From: Clostridia bacterium
GTDB lineage: Bacteria > Bacillota > Clostridia > UBA1212 > UBA1255
NCBI GenBank assembly: GCA_046952735.1
Contig: JBKUJR010000010.1
Location: 3,099-67,098, forward strand
Direction: 5' to 3'
Length of the DNA stretch: 64,000 nt
Shown: piece by piece, positions 48,332 through 59,015 of the stretch
Layout: each line of letters starts with the position of its first letter
How positions within the stretch are numbered: the stretch's first letter is position 1
Notes under the pieces: model-generated
What the model was told of the DNA's origin: nothing
Database searches by the model: none
The model's input: only the letters and a program-made list of their open reading frames with translations
Made by a program: the position numbers and the translations under genes

Positions 48332-48473
48332 CAGTTCTGTGTTTCTTTGTAAAAATATTGATTGACATTCTATAGAAGGTAACGGTAAAATACAAACGCA
48401 TGCATATTGATATGCGGCGCTGTAGGATGGAAGGACCGCGGGGCGCGGACCTGAGCGGCGGAAAATTTATTTT

Positions 48474-50015
48474 ATGATATCGGAGGACGGTAGGATGGCA
48501 GTCAAAATCGCTTTTGTAGCATTGTTTTTTGCGGCGACGCTTCTGCTCGGCTTTTTTTATAAGAAAAAAGTCAGAAGCATGGACGATTTCGTTTTAGGAG
48601 GGCGGAGCGTCGGCCCGTGGCTCACCGCATTTTCTTATGGAACATCGTATTTTTCAGCAGTGGTATTTATCGGATATTCCGGCCAGTTCGGTTGGAATTT
48701 CGGCATAGCGGCATTCTGGGTCGGCCTTGCCAACGCGCTGCTCGGCAGTCTTGCAGCATGGGTGGTGCTGGGGCGCAGGACGCGCGTGATGACGAAACAT
48801 CTTGGGGCGGCCACCATGCCTGCCTTTTTTTCCAAGAGATATAACAGCCGGGCCCTCAAGCTGGCGGCGGCGTTCATCATATTTATTTTTCTTGTCCCCT
48901 ATTCCGCCTCCGTATATAAAGGGCTTTCGGGGATTTTTTCTATGGCGTTTGGAATCGATTTCAAATATTGTATTATCGGAATGGCGCTGCTCACCGGAGT
49001 ATATGTGGTGCTCGGCGGCTATATGGCTACCGTTGCAAATAATTTCATACAGGGGCTTATTATGCTGGCAGGCATTGTCATGGTCGTATTTGCCGTTTTA
49101 AACGGCAAAGGCGGCTTTACGGAAGCCGTCCGTTCGCTTTCCGCGATCGACGTGGCTCCGGGCGCCGCGGGGGAAGGCATGCAGGGCGCGTATACGTCCC
49201 TGTTCGGACCGGATCCCCTGGGACTTCTCGGCGTTATGATCCTGACGAGCCTGGGTTCCTGGGGACTGCCGCAGATGGTACATAAATTTTATACGATCGA
49301 CAGTGAAAAATCGATCGGCAAAGGTGCGGTTATTTCTACCATATTTGCTTTCGTTGTGGCAGGAGGATCTTATTTTATCGGCGGCTTCGGCAGATTGTAC
49401 GTTACGGCCGGCGCAAACGGCGGCCCTTCTGTTGCTTACGATGAAATCATGCCCCGGATGCTTGCAAGCGTACTGCCGGATCTTTTGATGGGCCTGGTCG
49501 TCGTACTCGTATTGTCCGCATCGATGTCTACGCTGTCTTCTCTTGTAATCTCTTCCGCATCGACGCTTACGGTAGATTTCGTAAAAGGATTTCTGAAAAA
49601 AGATATGCAGGATAAACAGCAAATGATTATAACAAGACTGTTTTGTGTGATCTTCATGATCGTGTCGGTGGTTCTGGCGCTGTATCCCGGCGCGCTGATC
49701 ACCAATCTGATGGCGATCTCCTGGGGGGCGCTGGCAGGCGCTTTCCTGGCTCCGTTTTTGTACGGCTTATACTGGAAAAAAGTTACCAATGCCGCCGTCT
49801 GGATCAGTTTTGCAGCGGGAATCGGTTTCGTCTTATGTAATATGATTTTTCAATTTATGTCCGGTACGGGAGCCGGAGCCGCTTCCATGCTGCTCACGCT
49901 TGCGCTCGTCCCTCTGGTAAGCCTGATTACGAAACGGCCGGATCCGGCACATACGGAAGCCTGCTTTGCCTGTTACGCGGAAACGGGCCGGGCTGTTGAC
50001 GGAAATAAAATATGA
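48474..50015 (+). CDS. sodium:solute symporter (SSS family)
   Basis: A roughly 13-TM protein with an N-terminal FVLGGRSVGPWLTAFSYGTSYFSAVVFIGYSG motif typical of SSS permeases. Confidence 0.8.
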   Translation: MISEDGRMAVKIAFVALFFAATLLLGFFYKKKVRSMDDFVLGGRSVGPWLTAFSYGTSYFSAVVFIGYSGQFGWNFGIAAFWVGLANALLGSLAAWVVLGRRTRVMTKHLGAATMPAFFSKRYNSRALKLAAAFIIFIFLVPYSASVYKGLSGIFSMAFGIDFKYCIIGMALLTGVYVVLGGYMATVANNFIQGLIMLAGIVMVVFAVLNGKGGFTEAVRSLSAIDVAPGAAGEGMQGAYTSLFGPDPLGLLGVMILTSLGSWGLPQMVHKFYTIDSEKSIGKGAVISTIFAFVVAGGSYFIGGFGRLYVTAGANGGPSVAYDEIMPRMLASVLPDLLMGLVVVLVLSASMSTLSSLVISSASTLTVDFVKGFLKKDMQDKQQMIITRLFCVIFMIVSVVLALYPGALITNLMAISWGALAGAFLAPFLYGLYWKKVTNAAVWISFAAGIGFVLCNMIFQFMSGTGAGAASMLLTLALVPLVSLITKRPDPAHTEACFACYAETGRAVDGNKI

Positions 50016-50058
50016 GTTATAATTTTAAATTAGCAATGAAATAAGGAGTTGTACCGCA

Positions 50059-51351
50059 ATGATCTGGAATCCGGGCAGGGAATGCCTCACAAGAAAAGAA
50101 TATGACGCCATGAAGCTGGAGCGGCTGAAATGGACGGTCAGCCGCGCGTATGAAAAAGTTCCGTTTTATCGCAGAAGGTTCGATGAAATCGGCCTGAAGC
50201 CGGAACACATCCAGACGCTGAAGGATATCGAAAAGATCCCGTATACAACGAAGCTGGATCTGCGGGACAACTATCCGTTTCAACTGTTTGCGGAGCCGAT
50301 GGGCAAGATCGTACGCCTGCACGCCAGTTCGGGCACGACGGGAAAGCCCGTCGTATTCGGGTATACGAAACACGACATGGAGGTCTGGAAAGAGAATATT
50401 TCACGGATCGCCGCAATGGCGGGGGTAACGGCAGAAGACGTAGCGCAGATCGTATTCGGATTCGGCATGTTTACGGGCGGTTTCGGGCTATATCAGGGCC
50501 TTGAAAATATGGGCGCCACGGTCGTCCCTTCTTCCTCCGGCAATTCGGAACGGCAGCTGATGTTCATTGAAGATTTCGGAGTCACCGTGATCGTTGGCAC
50601 GCCTTCTTACGTTTTGCATCTTGGCGAGCTTGCGGCCGAACGCGGACTGCAGCATAAACTGCGGGTCGGCATGTTCGGCGGAGAAGGCCATACGGCTGAA
50701 ATGCGAAAGCAAATCGAAAAAATGTGGGGGATCGAATGCACGGAGAATTACGGACTGACGGAGGTGCAGGGGCCCGGCGTATCGGGAGAATGCCTCGAAC
50801 ATAACGGCATGCATTTTAACGAAGACAGTTTCCTGTATGAAATCATCGACAGCGAAACCCTGGAAGTAAAATCCCCAGAAGAAGAAGGAGAACTCGTACT
50901 GACGACGCTGACCAAAGAAGGCGTGCCTGTTTTACGCTACAGAACGAAGGATATTACTTCTATCGATTTCGCGCCTTGCAAATGCGGCAGAACTTCGGCA
51001 AGGATGAGTAAAGTAAAAGGCCGTTCCGACGATATGCTGATCATCAAAGGAGTCAACGTTTTCCCCAGCCAGATCGAGAGCCTGCTGCTTGGGATGCCCC
51101 ATATCGGACCGCATTATGAAATCGTCGTAACAAAGAAAGGATACATAGATCAGCTTGAAGTCAAAGTGGAGCTGGCGGATTCTTCATTACTGGAAAGCTA
51201 CGGCGAACTGGAAGCGCTGACGGCGAAAATACGGGAAAAAGTAAAATCGAACTTGCTGCTCGACGCAAAAATTACGCTTGCCGAGCCAAAGTCTCTGGAA
51301 CGTTACGTAAACGGCAAGGCGAAACGCGTACATGATTTAAGAAATCAATAA
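50059..51351 (+). CDS. paaK: phenylacetate-CoA ligase family (PaaK-like) adenylate-forming enzyme
   Basis: SSGTTGKPVVFGYT AMP-binding motif. The 430-aa PaaK-type architecture. Adjacent to iorAB. Confidence 0.8.
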   Translation: MIWNPGRECLTRKEYDAMKLERLKWTVSRAYEKVPFYRRRFDEIGLKPEHIQTLKDIEKIPYTTKLDLRDNYPFQLFAEPMGKIVRLHASSGTTGKPVVFGYTKHDMEVWKENISRIAAMAGVTAEDVAQIVFGFGMFTGGFGLYQGLENMGATVVPSSSGNSERQLMFIEDFGVTVIVGTPSYVLHLGELAAERGLQHKLRVGMFGGEGHTAEMRKQIEKMWGIECTENYGLTEVQGPGVSGECLEHNGMHFNEDSFLYEIIDSETLEVKSPEEEGELVLTTLTKEGVPVLRYRTKDITSIDFAPCKCGRTSARMSKVKGRSDDMLIIKGVNVFPSQIESLLLGMPHIGPHYEIVVTKKGYIDQLEVKVELADSSLLESYGELEALTAKIREKVKSNLLLDAKITLAEPKSLERYVNGKAKRVHDLRNQ

Positions 51352-51381
51352 ATAAAGATCAAAATAACGGGAGGTTTTTAA

Positions 51382-53130
51382 ATGAAAAAGCTGCTTTTGG
51401 GAAACGAAGCCGTGGCGCGCGGGGCATGGGAAGCCGGCGTCAATGTCGTTTCCTCCTATCCGGGCACGCCCAGTACGGAAATTACGGAGAGCACTGCGAA
51501 ATACGATGAAATATTCTGCGAGTGGGCGCCGAATGAAAAGGTGTCTATGGAAGTCGCAATCGGAGCATCTGTAGCCGGCGCACGGTCGATGTGCTGTATG
51601 AAGCATGTGGGTTTAAATGTCGCGGCAGATCCGCTGTTTACGGCAGCGTATACCGGCGTCAACGCGGGAATGGTGATCGTTGTGGCGGACGATCCGGGTA
51701 TGCACAGCTCCCAAAATGAACAGGACTCCCGGTTTTACGCATTATCCGCGCATATACCGATGCTCGAACCTTCAGACAGCGAAGAATGCAGAGAATATAC
51801 AAAACGGGCGTTCGAGATCAGCGAGGCGTACGATACGCCGGTGATCCTCAGGCTGACCACGCGGATTGCGCATGCGCGCAGCCTGACTACGATGGGAGAC
51901 CGCACGGAGCATCCGAAGCTCCCGTATCGGAAAGATGTCATGAAATACGTTATGATGCCGGGTATGGCAAAGAAGCGCCATTTCGCCGTAGATGCCAGAA
52001 TGGATAAGCTGCGCGCTTTTTCCGAAGAAGGCGCAGACGGGCTGAATACAGTAGAATATAAAGATACTTCGCTTGGCATTATTACATCCGGTATCAGCTA
52101 TCAATATACAAGGGAAGTATTTCCGGAAGCGTCGGTTCTGAAGCTCGGCATGGTATATCCGTTGCCCGACAAACTGATCGAAGAATTTGCCGGAAAGGTA
52201 GACCGGCTGCTTGTTATCGAAGAATTGGAACCCTTCATCGAGAATCATATTTTACAACTGGGGATCCGCAAGGTCGAAGGAAAAAAATATTTTACCAATC
52301 AGGGAGAACTGAATACAACCCTGATCCGGAAAGCTTTTACAGGAGAAACGCTTCCTACGGCGGAAGCTGCCGAAAAGGTAGAGACGCCTGCAAGGCCGCC
52401 GGTGCTTTGTCCCGGCTGTCCGCACAGGGGCGTATTCTATGTTCTGTCTAATATGAACGTGCGTGTCTCCGGAGATATCGGCTGTTACACGCTCGGCGCA
52501 ATGAAACCGTATGAAGCGGTGGATACATGCGTCTGCATGGGAGCCTCCGTAAGTATGGCGCACGGCATGGATAAAGCGGATGCGCAGTTCGGCGACAAAA
52601 TACCTACCGTTGCGGTGATCGGAGATTCCACCTTTATGCATTCCGGCGTTACGGGCCTGATCGATATCGTTTATAATAAAGGCGCGGCAACGGTCATCAT
52701 ACTCGATAATTCCATTACGGGAATGACGGGCCATCAGCAGAATCCTACTACGGGCCTTACGATCAAAGGCGAACCGGCTCCGGCGGTCGATCTCGTAAAG
52801 CTTGCGGAAGCGGTCGGCGTAAAACGGATCCGCGTGGAGGACCCGTTCGATATGAAAAAATTCAAAGCCGCCGTAAAGGAAGAAATAGAGGCCGACGAAC
52901 CCTCGGTCATCATTGCGCAGAGACCGTGCGCGCTATTGAAATCTGTAAAATACGGCGCTCCTGTTCGGATCGATGCGGAAAAATGCAGAAAATGCGGCGC
53001 ATGTATGCGTTTGGGCTGTCCGGCTATTTTCACGGAAGACGGCGCGTACCTGATTGATAGATCCATCTGTCTGGGCTGCCGGCTCTGTGAACAGATGTGC
53101 GCGTTCGGTGCGATCGGAAAGGAAGAGTGA
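51382..53130 (+). CDS. iorA: indolepyruvate ferredoxin oxidoreductase subunit alpha
   Basis: TPP-binding GDIGCYTLG and GDSTFMHSG motifs. Two C-terminal 4Fe-4S ferredoxin motifs (CRKCGACMRLGCP; CLGCRLCEQMC). Confidence 0.85.
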   Translation: MKKLLLGNEAVARGAWEAGVNVVSSYPGTPSTEITESTAKYDEIFCEWAPNEKVSMEVAIGASVAGARSMCCMKHVGLNVAADPLFTAAYTGVNAGMVIVVADDPGMHSSQNEQDSRFYALSAHIPMLEPSDSEECREYTKRAFEISEAYDTPVILRLTTRIAHARSLTTMGDRTEHPKLPYRKDVMKYVMMPGMAKKRHFAVDARMDKLRAFSEEGADGLNTVEYKDTSLGIITSGISYQYTREVFPEASVLKLGMVYPLPDKLIEEFAGKVDRLLVIEELEPFIENHILQLGIRKVEGKKYFTNQGELNTTLIRKAFTGETLPTAEAAEKVETPARPPVLCPGCPHRGVFYVLSNMNVRVSGDIGCYTLGAMKPYEAVDTCVCMGASVSMAHGMDKADAQFGDKIPTVAVIGDSTFMHSGVTGLIDIVYNKGAATVIILDNSITGMTGHQQNPTTGLTIKGEPAPAVDLVKLAEAVGVKRIRVEDPFDMKKFKAAVKEEIEADEPSVIIAQRPCALLKSVKYGAPVRIDAEKCRKCGACMRLGCPAIFTEDGAYLIDRSICLGCRLCEQMCAFGAIGKEE

Positions 53131-53133
53131 AGC

Positions 53134-53718
53134 ATGAAAAACCTTGACAATTTAAATGTTTTAATCGTGGGCGTCGGCGGACAGGGCACGCTGCTTGCTT
53201 CGAAATTTTTAGGAGCAGCGGCGGCTCTGTGCGGAAAGGACGTCAAAGTTTCCGAAGTACACGGTATGTCGCAGCGAGGCGGCAGCGTCGTAACGTGCGT
53301 GAAAATCGGAGAGCAGATTGCTTCCCCTATTATCGATGAGGGCGAGGCGGACGTTATTCTTGCTTTCGAACGGCTGGAAGCAGTGAGATGGCTCCCGTTC
53401 TTGAAAAAAGGCGGAACCGTTATCGCAAATATCCAGAAAATCAATCCCATGCCGGTCGTATCCGGCGCGGCGAAATACCCGGATCATATCCTGGAAATTT
53501 TAGAAAAATCGGAAATAGAGACGATTTTGCTGGATGCTCTTGGAATTGCGGAAGAATGCGGAAGCGCAAAAGCCGTCAACGTGGTGCTGCTGGGAGTGCT
53601 CGCTTCAAAATTGACGGAAATTCCGGAGAATGTCTGGATGGAAAGCCTGAAGAGCGTAATTCCTGCAAAATTGTACGATATCAATGAAAAGGCATTTCGG
53701 AAAGGACGGGGCTTATGA
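53134..53718 (+). CDS. iorB: indolepyruvate ferredoxin oxidoreductase subunit beta
   Basis: A 194-aa protein with N-terminal VGVGGQGTL, a pyruvate/ketoisovalerate oxidoreductase gamma-like fold. Adjacent to iorA. Confidence 0.8.
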   Translation: MKNLDNLNVLIVGVGGQGTLLASKFLGAAAALCGKDVKVSEVHGMSQRGGSVVTCVKIGEQIASPIIDEGEADVILAFERLEAVRWLPFLKKGGTVIANIQKINPMPVVSGAAKYPDHILEILEKSEIETILLDALGIAEECGSAKAVNVVLLGVLASKLTEIPENVWMESLKSVIPAKLYDINEKAFRKGRGL

Positions 53719-55019
53719 AATACTGGAACGAACATTTTGAATGTATGCCGCGCGAGGAACTGCGGGACCTCCAATCCCGCCGGCTGCAAAAATTGGTAGA
53801 CAGAGTGTACAATCATGTTCCTCACTACCGTGATAAAATGATTGCCGCAGGCGTCGAGCCCGGCGATATCCGTACGGTAGACGATATCGGAAAGCTCCCT
53901 TTTACAACAAAGCAGGATTTACGCGACACGTATCCTTTCGGAATGTTCGCCGTCCCGATGTCCGATATCAACAGGATCCATGCATCTTCGGGTACGACAG
54001 GCAAGCAGACCGTAGTAGGCTATACGGCGCGCGACCTCGATATCTGGGCGGAATGTATGGCCAGAAGCTTGACGGGAGCAGGTGCGGACCGAAGCTCCGT
54101 CGTCCATGTGGCTTATGGCTACGGACTGTTTACCGGGGGCCTCGGCGCACACTATGGCGCGGAAAAAATCGGCTGCGCGGTAATCCCGGTATCCTCCGGC
54201 AATACGGCGCGGCAGATTACGATTCTGAAGGATTTCAAACCGGATTATATTTGCTGTACGCCTTCTTATGCGCTTTATCTTGCCGAAGAGCTGTATGCGT
54301 CCGGCGGAAGTCCGGCGGATATCAACCTGAAGGCCGGCTTGTTCGGGGCCGAACCCTGGACGGAAGAAATGCGCGCAGAGCTTGAAGCGAAGCTCGGAAT
54401 CAAAGCGCTGGATATTTACGGTCTCAGTGAGATTATGGGGCCGTCCGTCAGCTGCGAATGCCTGGAGCAGTGCGGTATGCACGTCCAGGAAGACCATTTT
54501 CTGATTGAAATCATCGATCCGGGCACGGGTATGCCTGTCAAAGACGGAGAACAGGGAGAAGTCGTATTTACGACGCTTACGAAAGAAGGCTTCCCGCTGA
54601 TCCGGTATAGGACGCGCGATCTTTCCTATATTATGACGGAGCCGTGCGCCTGCGGACGGACCACAGCCCGGATGCATAAGCTTTGCGGCAGAACGGACGA
54701 TATGCTGATCGTCCGCGGGGTAAATGTATTCCCGTCTCAGATCGAAAGCGTGCTGCTTGAAATGGGAGAAACGGCGCCGCATTATATGATCGTTGTAGAC
54801 AGAGAAGGAAATCATGATACGATGGACGTACAAGTAGAAATGACGGAAGCCTTTTTCTCGGATTCCGTTAAAAATATCGAAAGTTTGGAAGGAAAAATCA
54901 AAGCCCGGCTGGCCAGCGTGCTCGGAATCAGCGTCGGCGTACGTCTGGTGGAGCCGAAAACGATCGCGCGCAGCGAAGGCAAAGCAAAACGCGTGGAGGA
55001 CAGGCGTAAGCTGCACTGA
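53715..55019 (+). CDS. paaK: second phenylacetate-CoA ligase family paralog
   Basis: [14 protein letters not shown] motif. Paralogous to the gene at 50059. Confidence 0.8.
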   Translation: MKYWNEHFECMPREELRDLQSRRLQKLVDRVYNHVPHYRDKMIAAGVEPGDIRTVDDIGKLPFTTKQDLRDTYPFGMFAVPMSDINRIHASSGTTGKQTVVGYTARDLDIWAECMARSLTGAGADRSSVVHVAYGYGLFTGGLGAHYGAEKIGCAVIPVSSGNTARQITILKDFKPDYICCTPSYALYLAEELYASGGSPADINLKAGLFGAEPWTEEMRAELEAKLGIKALDIYGLSEIMGPSVSCECLEQCGMHVQEDHFLIEIIDPGTGMPVKDGEQGEVVFTTLTKEGFPLIRYRTRDLSYIMTEPCACGRTTARMHKLCGRTDDMLIVRGVNVFPSQIESVLLEMGETAPHYMIVVDREGNHDTMDVQVEMTEAFFSDSVKNIESLEGKIKARLASVLGISVGVRLVEPKTIARSEGKAKRVEDRRKLH

Positions 55020-55098
55020 TTCGGAATTCTGCATTGAAGCCTATTTTGTTTTGTGGTATACTAAAACCAATCTAAAAGAAAATAGCTGAAAGGGGCAT

Positions 55099-55536
55099 AT
55101 GAACATGAGTGTAAGACAAATTTCGGTTTTCCTGGAGAATAAAGCCGGACGGCTGGCGGATGTCACAAAAGTTCTGGGGAAAAACAATATAGATATCAGT
55201 GCTTTATCCATTGCGGATACGACGCATTTCGGGATTTTACGTTTGATCGTGAACGACCCGGACCGTGCGGAGCAGACGCTCCGTGAGAATGGTTTTACCG
55301 TAAGCAGTTCCCCTGTTCTTGCAATTGCAGTAGACGATGTGCCCGGCGCGCTTTCTAAAGCGCTGGAAGCGCTGACAACAAATGGGATCGGCGTCGATTA
55401 TATTTATGCGTTCGTCGGAAAGACGCAAAACAAAGCGCTTGTCATATTCCGTGTGGAGAATACGGAGACGGCCTCCGCAATCCTGCAAGAAGCGGGAATT
55501 CTGGTGCTGAGGGACGAAGAGGTTTATAGTCTGTAA
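55099..55536 (+). CDS. tandem ACT-domain protein
   Basis: Two ACT-like repeats (ISVFLENKAGRLADVTKVL; IAVDDVPGALSKALEAL). This is the usual partner of paaK/ior operons. Confidence 0.75.
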   Translation: MNMSVRQISVFLENKAGRLADVTKVLGKNNIDISALSIADTTHFGILRLIVNDPDRAEQTLRENGFTVSSSPVLAIAVDDVPGALSKALEALTTNGIGVDYIYAFVGKTQNKALVIFRVENTETASAILQEAGILVLRDEEVYSL

Positions 55537-57197
55537 TGGCCGGCGATGACAAAAGAAACGGAAGAGGCACGCAGCAGGGAGGGCCGAAAAAGCCGAAGCC
55601 TTTAGTCAAGCTGAACGGGAAATCGAGCGATCGGTACGATAGCTACGGATATCGGATTGAAAAAACCGCCCCTCCGGTCTCTGCGGAACGGAAATCTCCC
55701 AGCCAAGGAACGGCGCCTGGGAAACAGCGCGCAGGCGAACCCGCAAATGCAAAAAAACAGGAAGACAAGATGCGGGAGCGGCTTTATACGAGCAAGCCTC
55801 CGAAAAAAACACCGGCCTCGGTTCCTGCACGGCAAAAAGCAGAATTGCCTTCCCATGAACGCAGAATTTCCGAACGCGCTCCGAAACGGAGAAAAAATAT
55901 TTTAACCGCGGTAAAGGTCATCCTGTTTTTATTACTTGTTGCGGGCACGATTCTTTTGATTTTATATAACAAAGAAGAAAATGAAAATACGCCGCGGACG
56001 GCTTTCCTTTCGACGGGAACGATTGAAAATTCATTCAGCGCCCAAGTCAGTATGATTCGCGACGAATCTGCCGTGACTGCAGGCTTTTCCGGAAAATTGA
56101 TTGCAGTGGTGAACGAAGGGGACCGCGTGGCGGCCGGCGCGGTGATCGCGTATGTGGTCAAACCCGAATATGAAAGCGATCTGAAAACCCTCCGCGACAT
56201 AGAGGACAAGATCGCGACGGCACAGAGCGCCTCCTCCTATGTCAATACGTCTCAGTCTGCGGAAGTCAGTTCCCTGAACGAAAAAATTCTGGAATTGACC
56301 GATCAGCTTTCCGCATTGTCCGGCACGTCATCCGGAATCGGCGGATATTCCGCGCTGATAAAAAAGCTCGATGATCTATTTCGTATGAAAAATGATATCA
56401 TGATGAACGCCGACACGGCCGACGCATATATTACAGGATTAAAGAATGAACGCGCCGCGGTGCTGGCACGTCTGGGCGACTCCATGCACGAAGTCAAAAC
56501 CCAGCAGGCAGGCGTCGTATCCTTTTACGCGGATTCCGGATCGCAGGATGCTTCCGGAAAGGCGCGGGCCATCACCGAATACATCGATAAAAAAGGCGAA
56601 ACGGGAAATCTTCTATCCGAAACGGCGCTCTCTTTTACGGATACGCAGATGCGTTACACGGTAGGAGCCGATGTCGGCGAAAGCGACGTAGTAGCACGGA
56701 TCACGCCGGATGTCCAGTATTATCTTGCGGCAGATATCACAGGAATCGATTATTCCGGACTTTCTGCCGGAAAATCCGTCACGGTCAAAGCAGCCGGACG
56801 CGAATTTTCCATTGCCGCCACCGTGGAAGAGGTTCTGAAATACGGTGAAAAAATGTATGTACTGATGAAATCGTCTGCGGGGATTTCCGGTACGATATCG
56901 AAACGCGTCGTCCAATCCGATATCGTGGTGGATTACAGCGAAGGGATAAAAGTGCCGAAGCGCGCGCTGGCGGAATGGGATTCGGCAGGCCTGACCGCGC
57001 GCATTGCAATCGTCCGTTCGAATTACGTTTCATACGTATATGTGAATATCCTTGCCGAAGACAGCGAATATGCGATCATCAGCAATTCAAATGGCTTTGG
57101 TTCGGAAGAGGGGAGCGGCATTACAAGCGTTCGTATCAATGATTTATACGTCGTAAATCATGAGACGGTTACGGAAGGGCAGATTATAGGAGGCTGA
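55536..57197 (+). CDS. membrane-anchored protein with a basic disordered N-terminus and a HlyD/biotinyl-like beta-barrel segment
   Basis: Lys/Arg/Pro-rich first 130 aa, one TM helix (ILFLLLVAGTILLILY) and a GKLIAVVNEGDRVAAGAVIAYV hybrid-motif-like segment. It lies upstream of ylmE-sepF. Confidence 0.45.
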   Translation: MAGDDKRNGRGTQQGGPKKPKPLVKLNGKSSDRYDSYGYRIEKTAPPVSAERKSPSQGTAPGKQRAGEPANAKKQEDKMRERLYTSKPPKKTPASVPARQKAELPSHERRISERAPKRRKNILTAVKVILFLLLVAGTILLILYNKEENENTPRTAFLSTGTIENSFSAQVSMIRDESAVTAGFSGKLIAVVNEGDRVAAGAVIAYVVKPEYESDLKTLRDIEDKIATAQSASSYVNTSQSAEVSSLNEKILELTDQLSALSGTSSGIGGYSALIKKLDDLFRMKNDIMMNADTADAYITGLKNERAAVLARLGDSMHEVKTQQAGVVSFYADSGSQDASGKARAITEYIDKKGETGNLLSETALSFTDTQMRYTVGADVGESDVVARITPDVQYYLAADITGIDYSGLSAGKSVTVKAAGREFSIAATVEEVLKYGEKMYVLMKSSAGISGTISKRVVQSDIVVDYSEGIKVPKRALAEWDSAGLTARIAIVRSNYVSYVYVNILAEDSEYAIISNSNGFGSEEGSGITSVRINDLYVVNHETVTEGQIIGG

Positions 57198-57203
57198 AAG
57201 AAT

Positions 57204-57893
57204 ATGACGATTCAAGAAAATCTAAAAAAATTAGAGGATAAAATTGCGGAAGCGGCTGCAAAAAGCGGAAGAAAAAGGGAAGATATCACGCTCGTTGCCG
57301 TGAGTAAAACAGTTGGCGCCGCAGAGGTCGCCGAAGCGTACCGGTTGGGACAACGCGTGTTTGCGGAGAACCGGGTACAGTGCCTGCTGGAAAAATACGA
57401 GGCAATAGAACCGTCGGCGTTCCCGGGTATCGATTGGCATTTAATCGGCACGCTGCAGACAAATAAGGTAAAATATATCATCGATAAGGTTTCGCTGATC
57501 CATTCGGTGGACAGCATGCATCTTGCCGATGAAATCGATAAATGCGCGGCGAAACGCGGGGTCCGGATGGATTGCCTCCTGCAGGTGAATGTTTCCGGAG
57601 AAGAAAGCAAGCATGGGGTTGCTCTTGCGGAAGTAGACAGACTGGTGGAACATTTTACCGGACTTGACAATGTCTGTTTGAAAGGTCTTATGACCATGGC
57701 TCCCCTCGACGCGAATGAGGCGGAACTGCGCAAAATTTTTTCTGCGCTGCATCAAAAGTATATTGACATAGATTCGCAAAAGGGGCATAATATAAACATG
57801 TCTTATCTATCGATGGGGATGACGCATGACTTTTCTTATGCGATTGAGGAAGGTTCCAATATGGTCCGTATCGGTACCGGCATTTTTCACTGA
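57204..57893 (+). CDS. yggS: pyridoxal-phosphate homeostasis protein (YggS/YlmE family)
   Basis: TLVAVSKT (PLP Lys), HLIGTLQTNK and MGMTHDF conserved motifs. Confidence 0.85.
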   Translation: MTIQENLKKLEDKIAEAAAKSGRKREDITLVAVSKTVGAAEVAEAYRLGQRVFAENRVQCLLEKYEAIEPSAFPGIDWHLIGTLQTNKVKYIIDKVSLIHSVDSMHLADEIDKCAAKRGVRMDCLLQVNVSGEESKHGVALAEVDRLVEHFTGLDNVCLKGLMTMAPLDANEAELRKIFSALHQKYIDIDSQKGHNINMSYLSMGMTHDFSYAIEEGSNMVRIGTGIFH

Positions 57894-57935
57894 CCGTTTT
57901 TACGGGAAGGGAATATTTTACAAAAGATTTTTTAT

Positions 57936-58550
57936 GTGCAAAGGATGAGGAGGAAATTAATAATGGCTGATTTCAAGAGACGTTTCAAGGATCTTTTAGG
58001 ATTTGGCGGAAACGAATCCGTCGCGTATGACGATTCCGCTGAAGAGGACTACGATTATTCCGATTATGATGAAACTGAAGATTTGACCGAAGACGAGGCA
58101 CCGGAGGATACTTATGTGTCTTCAGAGCGGTATTCGTCGAGAGCTGCTGCGAGCGCATCCGCGCCGAATGCAAGGCCGAGAGCGACGGGAAGCAGAGCGT
58201 CGGAAAATTCTTATCGCGGCGCTTCGGCAGGCAGTTCGGAACGGAGCAGAATCCTGAATATGGGAGCTACTTCCAATCTGAGGGTCGTTCTTTCCAAACC
58301 AATGGAATTTGACGATTGTCAGGGCGTGTGTTCTCATCTCAGAGGACATATGACGGTGGTTCTCAATCTGGAATTTGTGCGCAATGTCGCAGACAGACGC
58401 CGCATTTTTGATTTTGTTTCCGGCTGCTGTTTTGCGCTGGACTGCAACATCCAGCGCGTTTCCGAGCTGATTTACGTGATAGCTCCGTGCGACGTGGATA
58501 TCTTCTCCGAAGCGGAAGATGACGAAGAAAATTCCTCCTACATGTTCTAA
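57936..58550 (+). CDS. sepF: cell division protein SepF
   Basis: A disordered N-terminus and a conserved C-terminal SepF domain (VVLSKPMEFDDCQGVCSHLRGHMTVVLNL...RRIFDFVSGCCFAL). Confidence 0.8.
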   Translation: MQRMRRKLIMADFKRRFKDLLGFGGNESVAYDDSAEEDYDYSDYDETEDLTEDEAPEDTYVSSERYSSRAAASASAPNARPRATGSRASENSYRGASAGSSERSRILNMGATSNLRVVLSKPMEFDDCQGVCSHLRGHMTVVLNLEFVRNVADRRRIFDFVSGCCFALDCNIQRVSELIYVIAPCDVDIFSEAEDDEENSSYMF

Positions 58551-58597
58551 TATTACATAGATTCAATATTTACGCAGCATTAAAGGACACAATCATT

Positions 58598-59014
58598 ATG
58601 AACTCGATGTATGGCAATCACAATAAATATGATGGCGGGCGTAAGCCGGCGAAAAAAACATCATATTCTGAAAACGATAACCGGATCAGGATCGCGGTTA
58701 CTGCGGTTATTGTGAATGTTGTCACAGCGGCCATTATGATTGTGTTCTCCTATTTATTGATTTCCTCGCCCGAATCGCGTGAAATCTATACCAAATTTCT
58801 ATTTTTGCCCGTATCGGCATTTGCCGGCGCGTTTCTTTCCTTCCTGATCCATAAGGAACTGTTTATAAACGCAACGTGCAGCGGCGTTATTTTTTTAATT
58901 TTACATTTTATTTTTGTCGAATTTTCCTTCTGGGCGCTTCTGTGGATGTTTTTCTATTTACTCAACGCATTCATCGGGTTCCTCCTGGCGCTCGTCGTAC
59001 GCACCTTTCACTGA
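58598..59014 (+). CDS. hypothetical integral membrane protein (138 aa)
   Basis: Three to four predicted TM helices. It sits where ylmG/yggT-like genes lie in division clusters, but it is longer. Confidence 0.45.
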   Translation: MNSMYGNHNKYDGGRKPAKKTSYSENDNRIRIAVTAVIVNVVTAAIMIVFSYLLISSPESREIYTKFLFLPVSAFAGAFLSFLIHKELFINATCSGVIFLILHFIFVEFSFWALLWMFFYLLNAFIGFLLALVVRTFH

Positions 59015-59015
59015 T

